A stretch of 64,000 nt of DNA, taken from positions 1 through 64,000 of the forward strand of contig NIVC01000867.1 in assembly GCA_002269645.1 (NCBI GenBank). The letters run 5' to 3'. The DNA comes from Macrostomum lignano. Lineage: Eukaryota. This document shows, piece by piece, positions 11,830 through 25,800 of this stretch. Each line of letters begins with the position of its first letter. Position 1 is the stretch's first letter. A program made the translations under genes and the position numbers. The notes beneath the pieces were generated by a model. It worked only from the letters and a program-made list of their open reading frames with translations. It made no database searches and was not told the DNA's origin.

Positions 11830-12980
11830 CTCGAAAGTTGTGTGTTTGCCGTCTCTCAGTACTGGAATTGTGCGTCCGAATTGGAACGAGGAGCTTTTTC
11901 CCGCTCACAAATCTTTACTGTTTAAAATTTTCTCAGAGGCCCTTCTGTTGATTTTTTTGCTGAGCCGTTGTCAAGGCGCGCGAGGTTATAGATTCAGTGT
12001 CTCTGTCCCACTCCGGTCTCTGCAGTACACTTCAATTCGCTTTGTACGTCCAGCCACGGAGGGATGCTACTCTCTGACTTTCTGACTTTCTCAACTGTGC
12101 AGAAGTTTTTTTATTTGTTTTAGGCGTTTCCCCAGTTTCGCTTTTCTACTAAATTTTCTTCCTCTTCGTAGACTTTTATCTCGCCCACTTCACTGCATGA
12201 CTCAGGTGACGCTTCATACAGAGTAAAACCTTTTCTGGAATAATAAGGCTTCAAGTCGTCATGCTTCTCAGGCAACTTGCTGGGCCTAAGACTTAAGGCT
12301 GAGTGGGCGTCATAGACGAAAGGATAGCCTCAGTCTCGAGAGAGCAAGACTTTTTTGAGCATGTACTCAAACGAGATCAGATGCAGCCATATTTGACTGA
12401 GGCACAAATATTCTAGCACAAGCAAGCTGAGGCAAAAGCTCCTAAAACAAGGTACTTTCTTTGATGCACGCGAAACTGAAATAACGAAAATCTGACATTT
12501 TCCAGCTTTGATTATGCCTGTTCGCCACCACAGTACACATGCACCTGTCAATCAGCTTCGAATATTGCTCTGGTAGCCATTCGAATCGATTCAGCGGTTA
12601 AAAAATTGGAATATACACCTAATCTTGGTATTGTTTTACTGTAACCGTTTTTGTCTAAAAGATTATGATAGATGTCAAGTATATTTAATGCATAAGCTCG
12701 CCACCACAAGTTTCAATGTGAAAATGTATTTCAAATACACACATTTTTCCTTTGGTGGATCTCCAAAAATATTCAGCCAATTGCCATGAAAATCCAAAAC
12801 ACGTGCTAAAATTTTCCTCTCTATTCGATGAAGCAACTTCGAGAATAACGAAAAATCGGCATCGTCGAGATATTAAAAATTCTCCTCGGGGTGTCCGGTG
12901 GCAAAAACCTCCAACATTGGCAAAATTTTTCTGCTCACAAAATCTCATCATGAAACCACATCGGCTCAACAACCTATGCA

Positions 12981-13465
12981 TGTCAGTCGCAGGGACGTGC
13001 TCTCAGCATCCCAGGCACCAGGGTCCCCTTCATCAAATCCTCTTCTGCATGCAGCATTCAGTCAGTATACATAATCGGTGAATGAAATGGACAATCATGG
13101 CGACCCTCTAGGCTGACCTGTAGATATACAGGCGACTTTCGGGACCTTCAACGGAGTTCTACCACACGGCCTTGATAGAAAAAGCATGATGTTGGTGGTG
13201 CCAGCTCGTCAGGGCACTCCGTTGAAGGTCCCGAAGGTCGTCCAGACAGAGCTTGAATGCTGAACATGGTTCAGGACCATTTTATAATATGCAAACATGC
13301 CTAGTTTGGTGCCTGGATAGAGAAATCACGATGTTCGGGGTGTCAGCTCGTCAGGGCCGCGTGGTGGCACACCGTTGAAAGTCCCGACGGTCGCCGTCAA
13401 TGCTCCAGACGGTGATGAAGAGGATACTGGTGCCTGGGATGCTGAGAACAAAGGCCTCGACGACA
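12981..13465. mobile_element. ~485-bp foldback (MITE-like) element
   Basis: TCTCAGCATCCCAGGCACCAG...CTTCATCA (about 13001-13035) is inverted at about 13413-13447. Internal GGGACCTTCAACGGAGT / ACTCCGTTGAAGGTCCC pair. Lies in an insertion missing from the paralog at 800-880. Confidence 0.6.
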
Positions 13466-14417
13466 GATGGACCCAGATTATTGAGCCAATATGGATTCAC
13501 CATAAAGTGAAAAATACATGTAGCGTGGGTCTTTCTACTGTTAACAGAAGTTAATATCTTGATGCCTATAGAGTTGCGTACAGTCCTGACGGACAGAAAT
13601 TTTAGATTGCAGGAAATTTTTCTTCTTTATGGTAAAGCTAATCGATTGAGTTTTTCCCCAGTTGCAACTGGATGCTAGTAATTTTCCATCGTAAAAAATA
13701 CTAGCCAATGGAATTTTCCATGCAGAGTTTTGACTTTGTCGTTGTCCTCTTGCATCAAGCACTTCAGTTAGTTGAAGGGGGCGTATCTTGGCGATGTATT
13801 TTGACACTGCAATAGGCTTTGCTGTACATTTTTCATGCTGTACTGTACATTCCAAAATGAGAGCATTTCCATGGAAGTTACATGAGTGTCGTTAAACGAT
13901 ATAGACTCTGCCAGCTAGCTAGTTTTGCATGGTGACGGGGCTGCACTATTTCTAAAGCAATTTGTAGCGTTTAAAATTGTGGGCATTTCTTATGCCTTAA
14001 AAAGTTACTATCTCTCATTACAATATATCAACAATATCACCTAATACCTTACCTTTACACTGTGCCTATTAAAGCAACTAGCTAGGCCGGAGCTAAGTTC
14101 AATGTGATTCTTTGTTGGGAATAATTCGTAAAGAAAAATAAACTTGCCTGCTGGCTATTTATTATGACTTAACCACTGTGGTTTGAATTGCAATCCAAAA
14201 GTATAGCTCGTAAATGTGCCAGATAGTCCTTGCTTGATTGCAGTTGATGTAGTCAGACAAAAGTATACGTGATTATAAAAGCTGTTATGGATGGTTAAAT
14301 TCTGACATTTTGTGCCATAAAATATCGAGTAAAGACGGTCGACACTACTGTGATAGTTTAGTAGCGAGACGTGAGTTCAATTAAATTTAACGAAAGCTTT
14401 GACAAAGCTCAAGGTTT

Positions 14418-14674
14418 TAATAATAATAATATAACTGATTACACCTGCCCCAATTGGGCCAGATGTGCAACCGACAGCTCAGCCGCAGCTACTGCGCAGC
14501 GCATCTGAATGCTGCGTACGGCTGTTCAGTCCAAGGACTGGGGCACCCATTTTACAGCTGGGTGAACTGAAGCAATGCAGAGTTAAGTTTCTTGCTTAAA
14601 GACACAAATTGTTAAGAGCAGGCTGAAAACTTTCAGTCGTGAGTCCGACGCTCCAACCACTAGGCTACAACCCC
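14418..14674 (-). mobile_element. tRNA-derived CORE-type SINE
   Basis: Minus strand has a tRNA-like head GGGGTTGTAGCCTAGTGGTTGGAGCGTCGGACTC with an A-box, the CORE-like GTGTCTTTAAGCAAGAAACTTAACT...CAGTTCACCCAGCTGTAAAATGGG, and a (TTA)n tail. No clear B-box. Confidence 0.75.
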
Positions 14675-16804
14675 AAACGTAAAACAAGGTATTAGGACAT
14701 AGCAAAGGTGGATATACAATGCCTCTTTCAATTCAAGCATTAAAAGACCCAGCCTCGAAAGTACAGCTCTGCCCAGCCAGCCGGCACAACAGCCGCCGTG
14801 CGCGTGAAGCTCGTGAGTGGGGGTGCTATTTAGATTTCGAAGACTTAGAAAGATCTCCAATTCCGGTTTAAATGAAGCAACTATACTAGTATATAAGTCC
14901 CAGCTTTCCTAAATGGCAGTAGAAGTGTAAGGATGCTATATCGCTACTTGTTTTTTACTCACTATCAAACGGAATGGGACGTTGTCCGTCTCTTTGGTAT
15001 ACACTGTAAATAGACAATGTTTCACAAAGTAGTGAGTCAGTCAGTAGTCAGTAAGTAAACGACTGATCCGACATTTTTCTGAAACGCAGATGGAGATCGT
15101 GCATTAACAGCAGAAGCGATTTATGCTTTTTATTTGGCTTGCGTGATGCCTGTGTGTGTTTCCGTATGTGGGCTTAAATTATCGATTGATGCCTTAGCAA
15201 CATACATGTAAGCCTGTAGCGACTGTTGACAGATTGCTTAGATACTAAAAGCGGGGAGACAGCAGCTTAAACACATCTGGATGCCTAGTTCGCCACATTC
15301 ATTTGGGGCTTGTTCACGGAAAATTGCAAGGCGCTTCCACGTCCGTTCTTTTATACATGTACGCCGTGACATCGCATCGTGATATTTGCTTCAAATACAT
15401 TTGCTTCTTGCCAGACTGCTTCCTCGTCGACACCCCTGTGGCTTCCTTTTTGCTCCTTTTTTGGCCCGCGGTTGGCTAAGAAGCTGAAAGCTAGTTTTTT
15501 TAACTAGCTTTCTGAACGTTAGTTTTTCTGAAAGCTATTGAATTGTGTTGACATTGCAGACGTCAGCTGAACAATGCTGCTTCTCATTTTTACGAGTATT
15601 CATATTTGCTGTGCATAGCATCACCTGATTGTAGAATTCTATTGCCTGTATCAGCAGTTATTCTTATACTGTTTGCACTGCCTCTCATATAACTATGCAA
15701 GACGTAGCTGGCAGTTTCGTATCATCATAGTATCTTCTACTGTATTGTATTGTCACATTTGATTTTATTGAGCTGCGATATACTGCAGTCACGTCTGCTT
15801 CAGAAAGTTAAGGGTTTTGACATTCAATTTGTCTCCTACGTTTAACTAACTACTTTCAATTATGATTTATGATTTATGATCGCCAGGTGGAGATGGTTTT
15901 GAGGTCTTGAGATCAGCCAATCAGAGTCGCGCTAGTCATCCTGAGCTCATCCAATCAGAAGCTTCTATCGATTGATATATTTGATAGACAGGCGGTTGTA
16001 TTAGAACTATCCATCATATTTTAGGTCATTAAATATTTCAGTATATATGTATTTTCTGGGTAATCAGTTCTGTAATACGCACGTACGTAGTACATGTACG
16101 TTAAGCGGTGTATAATACTCGTAGGGACTCACTAGCACAAGAATCCCCAGACAAAGTATATTCTAAATAAGGCCAGGCAAAAACTACATTACAACATACG
16201 CGCTAATATATAATGTATTATAACTATTATATTAGCGCTACTATTATATTATAACTAATTATATACTATCTATAATAATAATATAATATATAGATAGATA
16301 ATATAATATTCTAAAATAATTTTAGAAACGAGTTCACTAAGGATCACTGGCCTAGCCTATTTGGACAGATAGGTTGATCAGAATTCAAATTTGATCTAGT
16401 CAGCTTGCCAGATAGACGCGTAAAAAACTCTGCGATACTTGATCTCTCAAAAGAAGTAGCGTACCAATTGAGACCTTGAAAATGGCCTCCGAGTTTTTCA
16501 TTAAGCTTATTCTTACGAATCCATCGTGGCAGCTACAAGCAAGTTTTATTACTTCTGGTCAGAAATGAAGCCTTCATGGCAGCGTGGTTGGATAAAATTA
16601 CGAAAAATGCGTTGATTGGTTGCGACGAAAAGCGATAGGTTTAATGGACAGGAACTTCGTGAGCAGCTTATATATACACATATATATAGTCATGCCTTGA
16701 GAGTGACTAAGATTTCTGAGCATATTGGAAAAGAATCATCTGCTACGTCGGCAGAAGAACAGTTGCCTCAGAAAGACTCAATTATATGAGCGTATTAGAA
16801 AGAA

Positions 16805-19800
16805 ATGAAGATAACGCACATTAGAATTATCATATTTTGCGCTTTCGTTTGCTCCTGCATCGGCTCGATGGAGGGTGAGAGATCCGTTTTATTTTGTTTT
16901 ATTTCGTTACTATTTTGCTTTGTTTGTGCATATAACGTCCAAGGATTATTCAATTAGAAAGACGGTAAAATACGCTAGTTGAAAAATTTTAGGGGGCATG
17001 TTTTGCCGAAAAAAACAATAAAAAGAACGGTTTTAGTTTTTTTTTTCAGAACAAAAATTGCTATTGACTCTGATCGGAGGCAGACCCATGATCTTCATCT
17101 TTATATGTATTGCCTTTCTTATAGCAGAAATTGATAATCATAAACCTTTAAGGTTAGAAAATAAGAAATCTTGGCTGACTATGAAATAAAAATGTTCAAC
17201 AGAATGATAAAATAGATTCTAGAGACTACTCAATACTCGGTGACAGGAAACGACAATATTTGGAGGCCCATCTAATTTATTAATTCCCGTCATTTCCCGT
17301 CAAAGTTGTCCTTGATAGATTCATAAAACCAATAAGTCGACTTGATCCATTTTTAATCTTTTTAAGCTTATATATATTCTCAGTAATGTACGAGCGTATT
17401 TAACAGTAAAACCTGCCTCCTAAAATTTCCCAAGAAACGTACTTTCCTGTCCTTTTACTTAAGTAGTCCTTGGCGACGTCAGGTTTACATGTATAAAATT
17501 TTCATTTACAAACTGTTAGGCTCTTGTCGTAATTCAACTCGCTACGTCAAGCACTCTGGTGTCCTAGTCATCAACGGGACAGTCTCTAGCCAAGTGTTGA
17601 ACGTCACCGGAGTCACGACAGTGCAGGAATGCGTCATGCGATGCGGACTGATGAGCTGCTCTGCTGGCGCGTTCTGGAAGGGCGCCGGTCTCTGCCAGCT
17701 GGTGACCGTGTCTGGGGAGTCAGGATCGGCGACTGGAACTAACGAGCAGAGATTCCTGGGAGCTGAGACTGACACAGTCGCGTGGAAACTACCGGATTTT
17801 GAAGATCTAATCAAGTCAACAGCCAAAATCAATTTCACTCGCGTTTTTTCAAGCAAGTGTTTCATTGTTTTTCACAATTTCATGCAGAGACAACAGAAGT
17901 AGAATGACTCGAAACTAATAATCTGTGGAAATTTTGCTTCAAAACCAGTTTTAAAGTTTTACATCCTTCTGTTTTAATTGCTCATGATTCTACGGTTCAG
18001 CAAGACTCAACAATGCTCAACTGTTTTTTCTGATTCCAGACTCAAGCACCGGTCGGTTCGGTTTCATCCAGCAAGTAATTATAAACTTTACCGGCTGCTA
18101 TCGCATCGAAATCAGCGGAGCAAAAGGAGGCGACAACACCCTGGTTAGTAGCAGCAAGTTCGGCGGCAGGGGAGCCCTGGTCGTTGGCAATGTCAACCTG
18201 ACTGCGGGAACAGAGCTGTCTATCGTTGTCGGTCAGGCTGGCGGTCCGGCAGACTCGTCGTCAAACAGTGGCGGCGGCGGTGGAGGCAGCTTCGCGTACG
18301 ACGCATTCAACAATCAACTCTTGATGGCTGCTGGCGGTGGTGGTGGCGCGTCCTTCGCATACGATGGTGAGTTCAGATGGTAGTGTTTAAAGTCTCACTT
18401 TTGAAATTCGCATTTTGAATGCCTAAGCTTTGTGTGCAAATTATCTCTTTAGGAAGGCTTGGCGAGGCAGGCGTGAACGGATCAAGTTCCCTAGGTGAAG
18501 GTGAGGTAAGTTTCACACAACTGAGCTATCTGGAAGAAAAGCCTCTTCAATTTTTTAGCTCTACTCGTACTTGCCCGGGTGAGTTTAGATCCTATTTGCT
18601 TTGGAAGCAGGCTTTCAAGCGAAAACTCAAGAATTCATCGTGCCATCGTGTGCTCAGCTGCTCAGCCTGCTAAGCAATGAGCTGCTCAACCCAGAAAAAA
18701 TGGCGAAGGTGAGGTAAGTTTCACACACCTGAGCTATCAGTAAGAAAAGCCTCTTCAATTTTTGAGCTCTACTCGTATTTGCATGGGTTGTGAGTTGTGA
18801 AACAGAGAATATATTTGCTTAGAAGTATGCTTTCAAGCAACAAGTCAGGAATTCATCCTGGCCATCTTGTGTCATTCATGAGGTACCTAGCCTAAGACAA
18901 AATTGTGGTATCCTAGCGTACCAGCGCTCAACCAATATTGAGCCTGCCTTTTTACTGATGCATACATACATATGGGTACACACTTTAATTTTTTTTGAAA
19001 AGTTCATCTTCAGCAACTGGTAGGGCCTATCGAAATGAAAAAACGGTTGTAGTTTCTATCTTGGATCGATTGTATATTTCTACCTTCTGAAGACCTTTGA
19101 GAACGGAAAGTATGCATGGAGCCATCAAGCCGTATTTTGCTACAATTATGAAATATGCTGAAATTCTTGCCACTTAATTTTTATGGAAATGTGTTGAAAT
19201 ATGAAATAGAATGTTATGTGGAAATCATCGAGCGGAATGCATAATCCATGTGCCTGTGTCAATTCGGTTGTACAAGCGTAGCGTAGCAGAGACAGTGGAT
19301 AGCGGAGCGATAACGTCGTTCGTTATTATTTTTTCGGGCACGACCACAATAATTTTGGGTTTGGGCACTGGGGTGGACTCACGCAGGTTCCTACAACATC
19401 CACAGTAGAAACACTGTGCGACGACATGTCACGGACTACTTAAGTAGAAGGACGTAACACTCTAAAATGGTGCAAATTTTTTTGAAGGCCGATTTTTCAA
19501 ACTGCTGCCATTTTTTTTTCTTTGCAGATAAAGAGCTGATTCTTTCACCAGGTTGTCCAGAATTTATTCCAGTTTTATATAAAATATTAGTTTGTAGCTT
19601 TAAAAGCATTTTTGCGGAATAAAAGTACAGTAAAGACATGTACCCCTAGAAATTCCAAAAGCTACGAAGCTAGGACACTATGAAGATGATCCTACTGCTC
19701 TTTAAAAGTTACTCAAGATGACTAATTACTCAGAACTAGGCATACATTCATTCTCTACACAGTAACAAAAAAACAACGCAAAGACAATCGCATCCTGCAG

Positions 19801-22800
19801 ACCTGCTGTAGGAACCCTAGATGACATTGGCTTGGGGTTTCTTACAAGATCTGACTTGAACTGCGCCCTAAGTTCTTGCAAGAGCTCAGCAGATCTTCGC
19901 CATTGAAATACATAGTCAATTCTTACCAGATCTTCTGAACAGATCATGAAAGATCTTCGGGCCAGATCTGCTAAGATGACACAGGATCATGCAAGTTCTT
20001 GAGGCCATATCTTCCAAGAAGATACAAGATTAGTCAAGATCTGATAAGGCATAGAAGATGAATGTCTATAGCACGCAATGCGCGTGCAGTACCTCTATGG
20101 TGCATACATAATCAAAATTTTAAGACTCGGGAACTCGGGAAGTTACCTGAAGAAAAAAGTAATATAAACAAAAGAAAATTTTTCTCTGCATTTTATTATT
20201 GGGTGAATTATTGTGGCACTATTGGGCAATTCCCTATTTAAACATTTTTACTATTTCATTTTTATTTATAATTTACATACAGAAAGCATATAGTATTTAC
20301 AAAAGCATGAACACAAAAACATAAAGGCGTAATGAAGTAGCAAACACAGCAAAATACAATAAAATTCCATTGCAAAAATTATAGCAAATTATAATTTAAT
20401 TGCAATCTCGACAAGCATGCGATATAAACTAAATTATAAACATTTTCCTTAAAAATGTTGCTAAAACAAATCTTTACAAAATTAGGCTATCATACATATA
20501 TAGTCATTGGCTCATTTCCTTTATAGCTAACACAAATTTAGAAAGTAAAAATTCACAATCAAATTGCAATTCGTCCAATTTAATATTTAAAGTATTCTAC
20601 TGTAAGTAGAAAGTATAACATTTGAGTAAAATTGCAATAATTGCAAGTGAATTGCACAGCAAATTGCAATTTAATTAATTTTTGTGGAAATAAAATTACA
20701 ATTACGGCAATTATATAAAATTCTTGGCAATATTTCTAATTTCATCCCAATCCGGGTGTCTTGGAGGGGAGGGAACGGCACATCTTAAGAGCAAATTGCT
20801 TCTGCAAGAATAAGTGTTGAACAAATTTCTCTAAAATCAGAGTAACTATAGTAACTTTTGCTCGTCGAAATTTCCGTTTTGCCATATTGCATTACCAACC
20901 GTTTCTTTCTGTTAATTTGATGCCAGTTAGTTAAAAAATCCCCCATTCTGATATAGCTGCATTAAAAACTGTTTACAAAACTGTATTTTGAAAAGTAAAC
21001 TAGAAAAGTTTTTTAAAGTATTAAGTTTCGCAAATCTGTTCACCAAAGGCAGCTAGACATAATGACAGTTAGAGTGCAGCTGGGCACCGAAGGCAGCTGG
21101 GCACCGAAGGCAGCTGGGCACCGAAGGCAGCTGGGCACCGAAGGCAGCTGGGCACCGAAGGCTGAGCACCAATGCACAGTAGGCAACGCAGGGCATCTGG
21201 CAGGGAAATGAAGATATTTGTGACACTGACAAGACTAATATTATTCACTTTCTACTTCGAAATTCGGATTTTAGAGCTTAGTAAGCAATATATTAGGTTT
21301 TTAAACTACATATTATTTTGAACTTGTAGCTTGTACTAGTAATACCCAGAGCCGCTGAAGATAGACAAAATTTAATCTAGTAAGCAAAATAAAAATGTAC
21401 CATACATCAGAGAACGAAAAAACGACATTAATGTGTAGGCGCGCTGCCTGCTTACCTGCTAGGGTTGCTCATACTGCTGGGGCTGCCGTGTCGCCGCAGT
21501 GCTCATGCATACTGTGTGCACCTGCCAAGGGGGACGCAAAGTTAGGTATGAAGTTCTGTAGATATTGGGTTTAATATTGGTTGTAAGTTCTGTAGATTCT
21601 TACTGACATCTAAAGTTATTACAGACCGAATGGATCAAATTCAAGATAGTGTTAATGTACTAATTACGAAAAATATACTTTGGTTTTACACAGAAGTAAA
21701 AAACACGCGCAAATAAATGGGCTACCTAATTGTGTTCGCAGCAGCTCAGAATCGGCACAAGGTAGACCTGGTTATCATCGGCCACCAGCAAGCACTTTAG
21801 GAAATCCAAACCAATTGGAACAGGAAAGTCGTCGCATCCAAAACTGTCTTCGTACTGCTTTGGTTATCTACCAAAAGGCTCAACCGATTTTCATTGTTTC
21901 TTCCAAATACTAAAAATGATATACAAAAATGGCTCTTCACCACACCTTTATTATTGATTCCAATGAGTGACTAACAGACAAAACTAATGCTTACCTTTTG
22001 CCAGGCAGCTTTCTTGGACACAGAGAACTAAAATGGAATTATATTGGATTGCCAGTTATAGACTTAGTAAGCTATTACTTTTGGGATATACTTATATTCT
22101 ACCACTTTTAGTATAATCCTTAACTTGATGATTGTTAAAGAATTAAGCATTGGAGATGTGATTTATAATTCAATACAGCAGCCTGAGCAGTGATAGGCAA
22201 TGACTAGTTAATAAAAGTTATCTTGAAAAGATAATTTTTTTAAAATAAAAAACATTAAACATTTAAACTTAAACTCAAGAAACTAACTTTCTTGATAACA
22301 AAAAAACTCCAAATTTTCAAAAAATAGCTCTTTTCCGGCTAACTTGTCCATTACTGCAAATATGGAAAGATAATAGTAGAAAAGGGACAAAGGCTAGCAT
22401 AGCAAGCCTTTGTTAGCAAAATAACAAGGTGTTTATTAATATGTTGTTGACCACAAAGTCATTACCAAAAACACTATAAAAATATTTTCCAGGGTACACT
22501 ATCATAATAAATATACATTAATAATGAATACTTGTCCATTACTGCAAGTATTACTCACCATTACTCACTTTAAGTCTAAAGTGATTTAAGTAAACAACCT
22601 AGCCCTACATTATAAGCTACCATTATATTTAAAAACTTAAGGACCAGACTAAAGACGAATGCATATATATAACCATTTTAACAACCTATTAAAAATATTT
22701 GCATAACTTACCTTGGAAAACATAACATTATTGAGAGACAAGGCCTCGCTATAGGAATTGGTTTTGTTGTACCATAACAAAACAAACACATTTTGCTGCC

Positions 22801-25800
22801 TTTGCCTTTCCAAGCCAAAGTAATCCTGGCTTGCTGGTCTGCGTTGCCTTTTAGCCCTTGGACTTTGGCTTGAATGATCACCAGTTTCCATATTCTTTCT
22901 AAATTAGATAGAAAATTTGCACCTGGAAATTTAAGTTTAGACTTCAGATTAAAATATAATTGTGATCAAAAAAATTATTACTGAGTTAGAAGAATATTTT
23001 ATAAAGATACTCATAATCATGACTACTATTATGCATATTTCATAAGCTCAAAGACTAAGGCTAATACACTTATAATCATGCATTTTCTATTTAAATCATG
23101 ACCTCATGATCTCTGGATAATCTTTATAATCCATGATCTTACTTAGCTAGCTTATGGATTAGACCAGTATACTATCTATACTATATACATAGTCTATATA
23201 TAGCATTGTCTAAATAGTGTATTACAAATAATAACAGGCTCATACAAAATCAAACATAATATAATTATCAATGAACCATGTAGTTTAAAGTTAGAAACAC
23301 CCACTTTTCAGAGTATGGCCCAGTGTCAAATACAGAGCCGCAACCAAAAAATTTTTTTTATACTTTTTGGGGTATAGGACCAAGACTGCCACACAAAGAC
23401 TGCCATACTTGGGGGAGCTAGGGGGAGGAATTTGGCTTGCCATGTTATTGGATGATGCTGAGAAAGGGTGAGATGGAGAGAGCCAATAAGACAAGGCTAC
23501 AAGAAAGGAACTAGTAAATGGGCCAAGTGGGTAAATAAGCCAGGCTCTTCATTTTTTTCATTCAATTTGAATTGTAAAGGAACTATAAGATATGCCTAGG
23601 CATATTGTTAAAATTGCCTTGGTTGACTTGCAACCATTATGGGCCACTTATTTGCCTTATTAGTAACCAATCTTAGGACATTTCCTCTTATCTAACTCTA
23701 TAACCCATCACAACCGATATGGCAATAGCAATGCAGGAAGATAATAGCTCCCCCTCAGTGTCAATTCCATTAGCCAGTTAGAGCTATGGCAGTCTTGGTG
23801 TATAGCAGTCTTGGTCATGAGCCCTTTCTTTGGTCTACAACTAGGCCCTATAACTATGCCAGGTCTATTAAGTAGGCCTATTTTCCAATATTGGGTTGTA
23901 GTGTTTGGTATAGCTTGGCCCCTTTCTTAAAAGTTTTCTAGATCTGCACTTGGTATGGCCTTTTATAAAATAGAATAAACTAGAGTCTGTCTAAGTAAGG
24001 GAGGGGCCTATATATTCATATCTCAATAGGCCTAATAGACAATATCAGTTATAGGGTATATAGTACCATTGTCTGATTATAGAATAGGGTAGGCCTACCC
24101 ATGGCCATGACCCATGAGTCATAGGAAGGGGGAATAGGTTAGGCCCTATGTATGGGTACCCTATGGCCTACCTGTCCTTCCCTTGGTTAGTAGAGAAGGT
24201 AATAAATAATAGGTAAATAGCTAAATAGCTGGATATTATGTATAATTTATAAGTTGAAAGACCTTATTTTTTCATTCAAACAATAACATTATACCTATGG
24301 ACAATGGACATGTTGTCTGATATAATTTGTCAGTTGTCATGGCTTTTCCATCATTTTGACATTGCCATTATTATTGCATTAGCCTAAGAATGATGGAATA
24401 TATGAGACACAAGTTAGACCTAACCTCTAAACTTTTTAAAGGTATTCTACCTAATTACTAATGATCCTTACCGATTTAAGATTAAGTCTAAAGCACATTT
24501 TGGTATATATGCGAAAGATTCAACTCATACTATTTTTAGATGGACAACAAGTCAATAATTGCAGATAAGGAGAGGCACATTTTTCATTACTTTGTTCATA
24601 CCTATTTTACTAGCTAAGGTATAACAAAAAATTCTTCATTGCGATGAAGTCTTTAACCATTATTCCCTTTTATTTATTGAAAGAAAAATCTAATGTATAA
24701 AAAGTGAGTAATTTGTTTCGGCAACATATATTTAAACATATGTATGTTTAATTTCAAACCTTGTAAAGTAAGATCTGACACAAAGCAGCATATTTTGTTC
24801 CATATCTTGCATGAAAAAGCAGATATGACTGACGCAATTAATGACACTTTAAGCTTAACTAAAGCATGTTTTTATGTTTGTTACTGTCATATTATTTCTT
24901 TCTATACATTCCTGATACTCCACACTCATTTGGAAAAGCAATTTATCTTTATGCACTTAGCGTGAGCAGATACTAGCCGCATCTGGTAAGATATTACAAG
25001 ACATAGCAGATGCTAAGATCTGTTAAGAAATGAAAGTTAAAAACAGATCTGCTACGCGGGTGTGAACAGATTGTCATCTAGGGAAGCTGTAGCGAAAAGT
25101 TTTGTATAAAACTTGAAAGAAATAAACCTAGAAAATAATAAGTGATTTGTATTTACAAACTACAATAAACATGTAAATAATAATTTCAAAAATGCAAAAC
25201 GAAAACTTCTAAAACTTTACAAAAACTGTAAAGCACAAGCTAAACGATCTCTACTACAAGCAATAAAGCACAAAATGTAGCTGGCTAATTGCAGCCTGCG
25301 ATCCTGAACTGAAAAACTGAAAATTCTAAATTGTCAATACTTAAAAACCATCTTTCGCTCAATAAATAAAAAAATATGTTTTTCTATGCTACATAGTCGA
25401 AGTATTATGCAAAACAAACTCCTAAAACGCACAACAGAGAAAAACAGCACAACGAAACAACCTAGCTCACACGAACAAAGGAAGGACATAAAGGCCTTGA
25501 TCTTAAACTAGAAAACACGGAATAGAAATATCAAAAACGCTTAAAAATATAACAAAATACTAGCGATGTAAGGACCATTTTTGCCACAAGAAAACTGGAA
25601 AATGTTGCGAAGGTATTAACTAGTAAAATAGTAACTAGTAACCACAAATAACAGGCTGCTTCCATAAATATTCATCTGAATCCTGGTCTTGTCATTCCTA
25701 GAATTCTGATCCAAACATCTTATTCTCGATCACCTTAACTAAATAACGTAACTAAAGAAACTGGTTGTAGCGCAGAAACAATAAACTTTAAGCAATTTCA

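Noticed and set aside
15900-15970. Two CCAATCAG boxes as the promoter of gene D
   Set aside because: About 850 bp upstream of the ATG, and such motifs also occur in repeats, so they cannot be assigned without TSS data.
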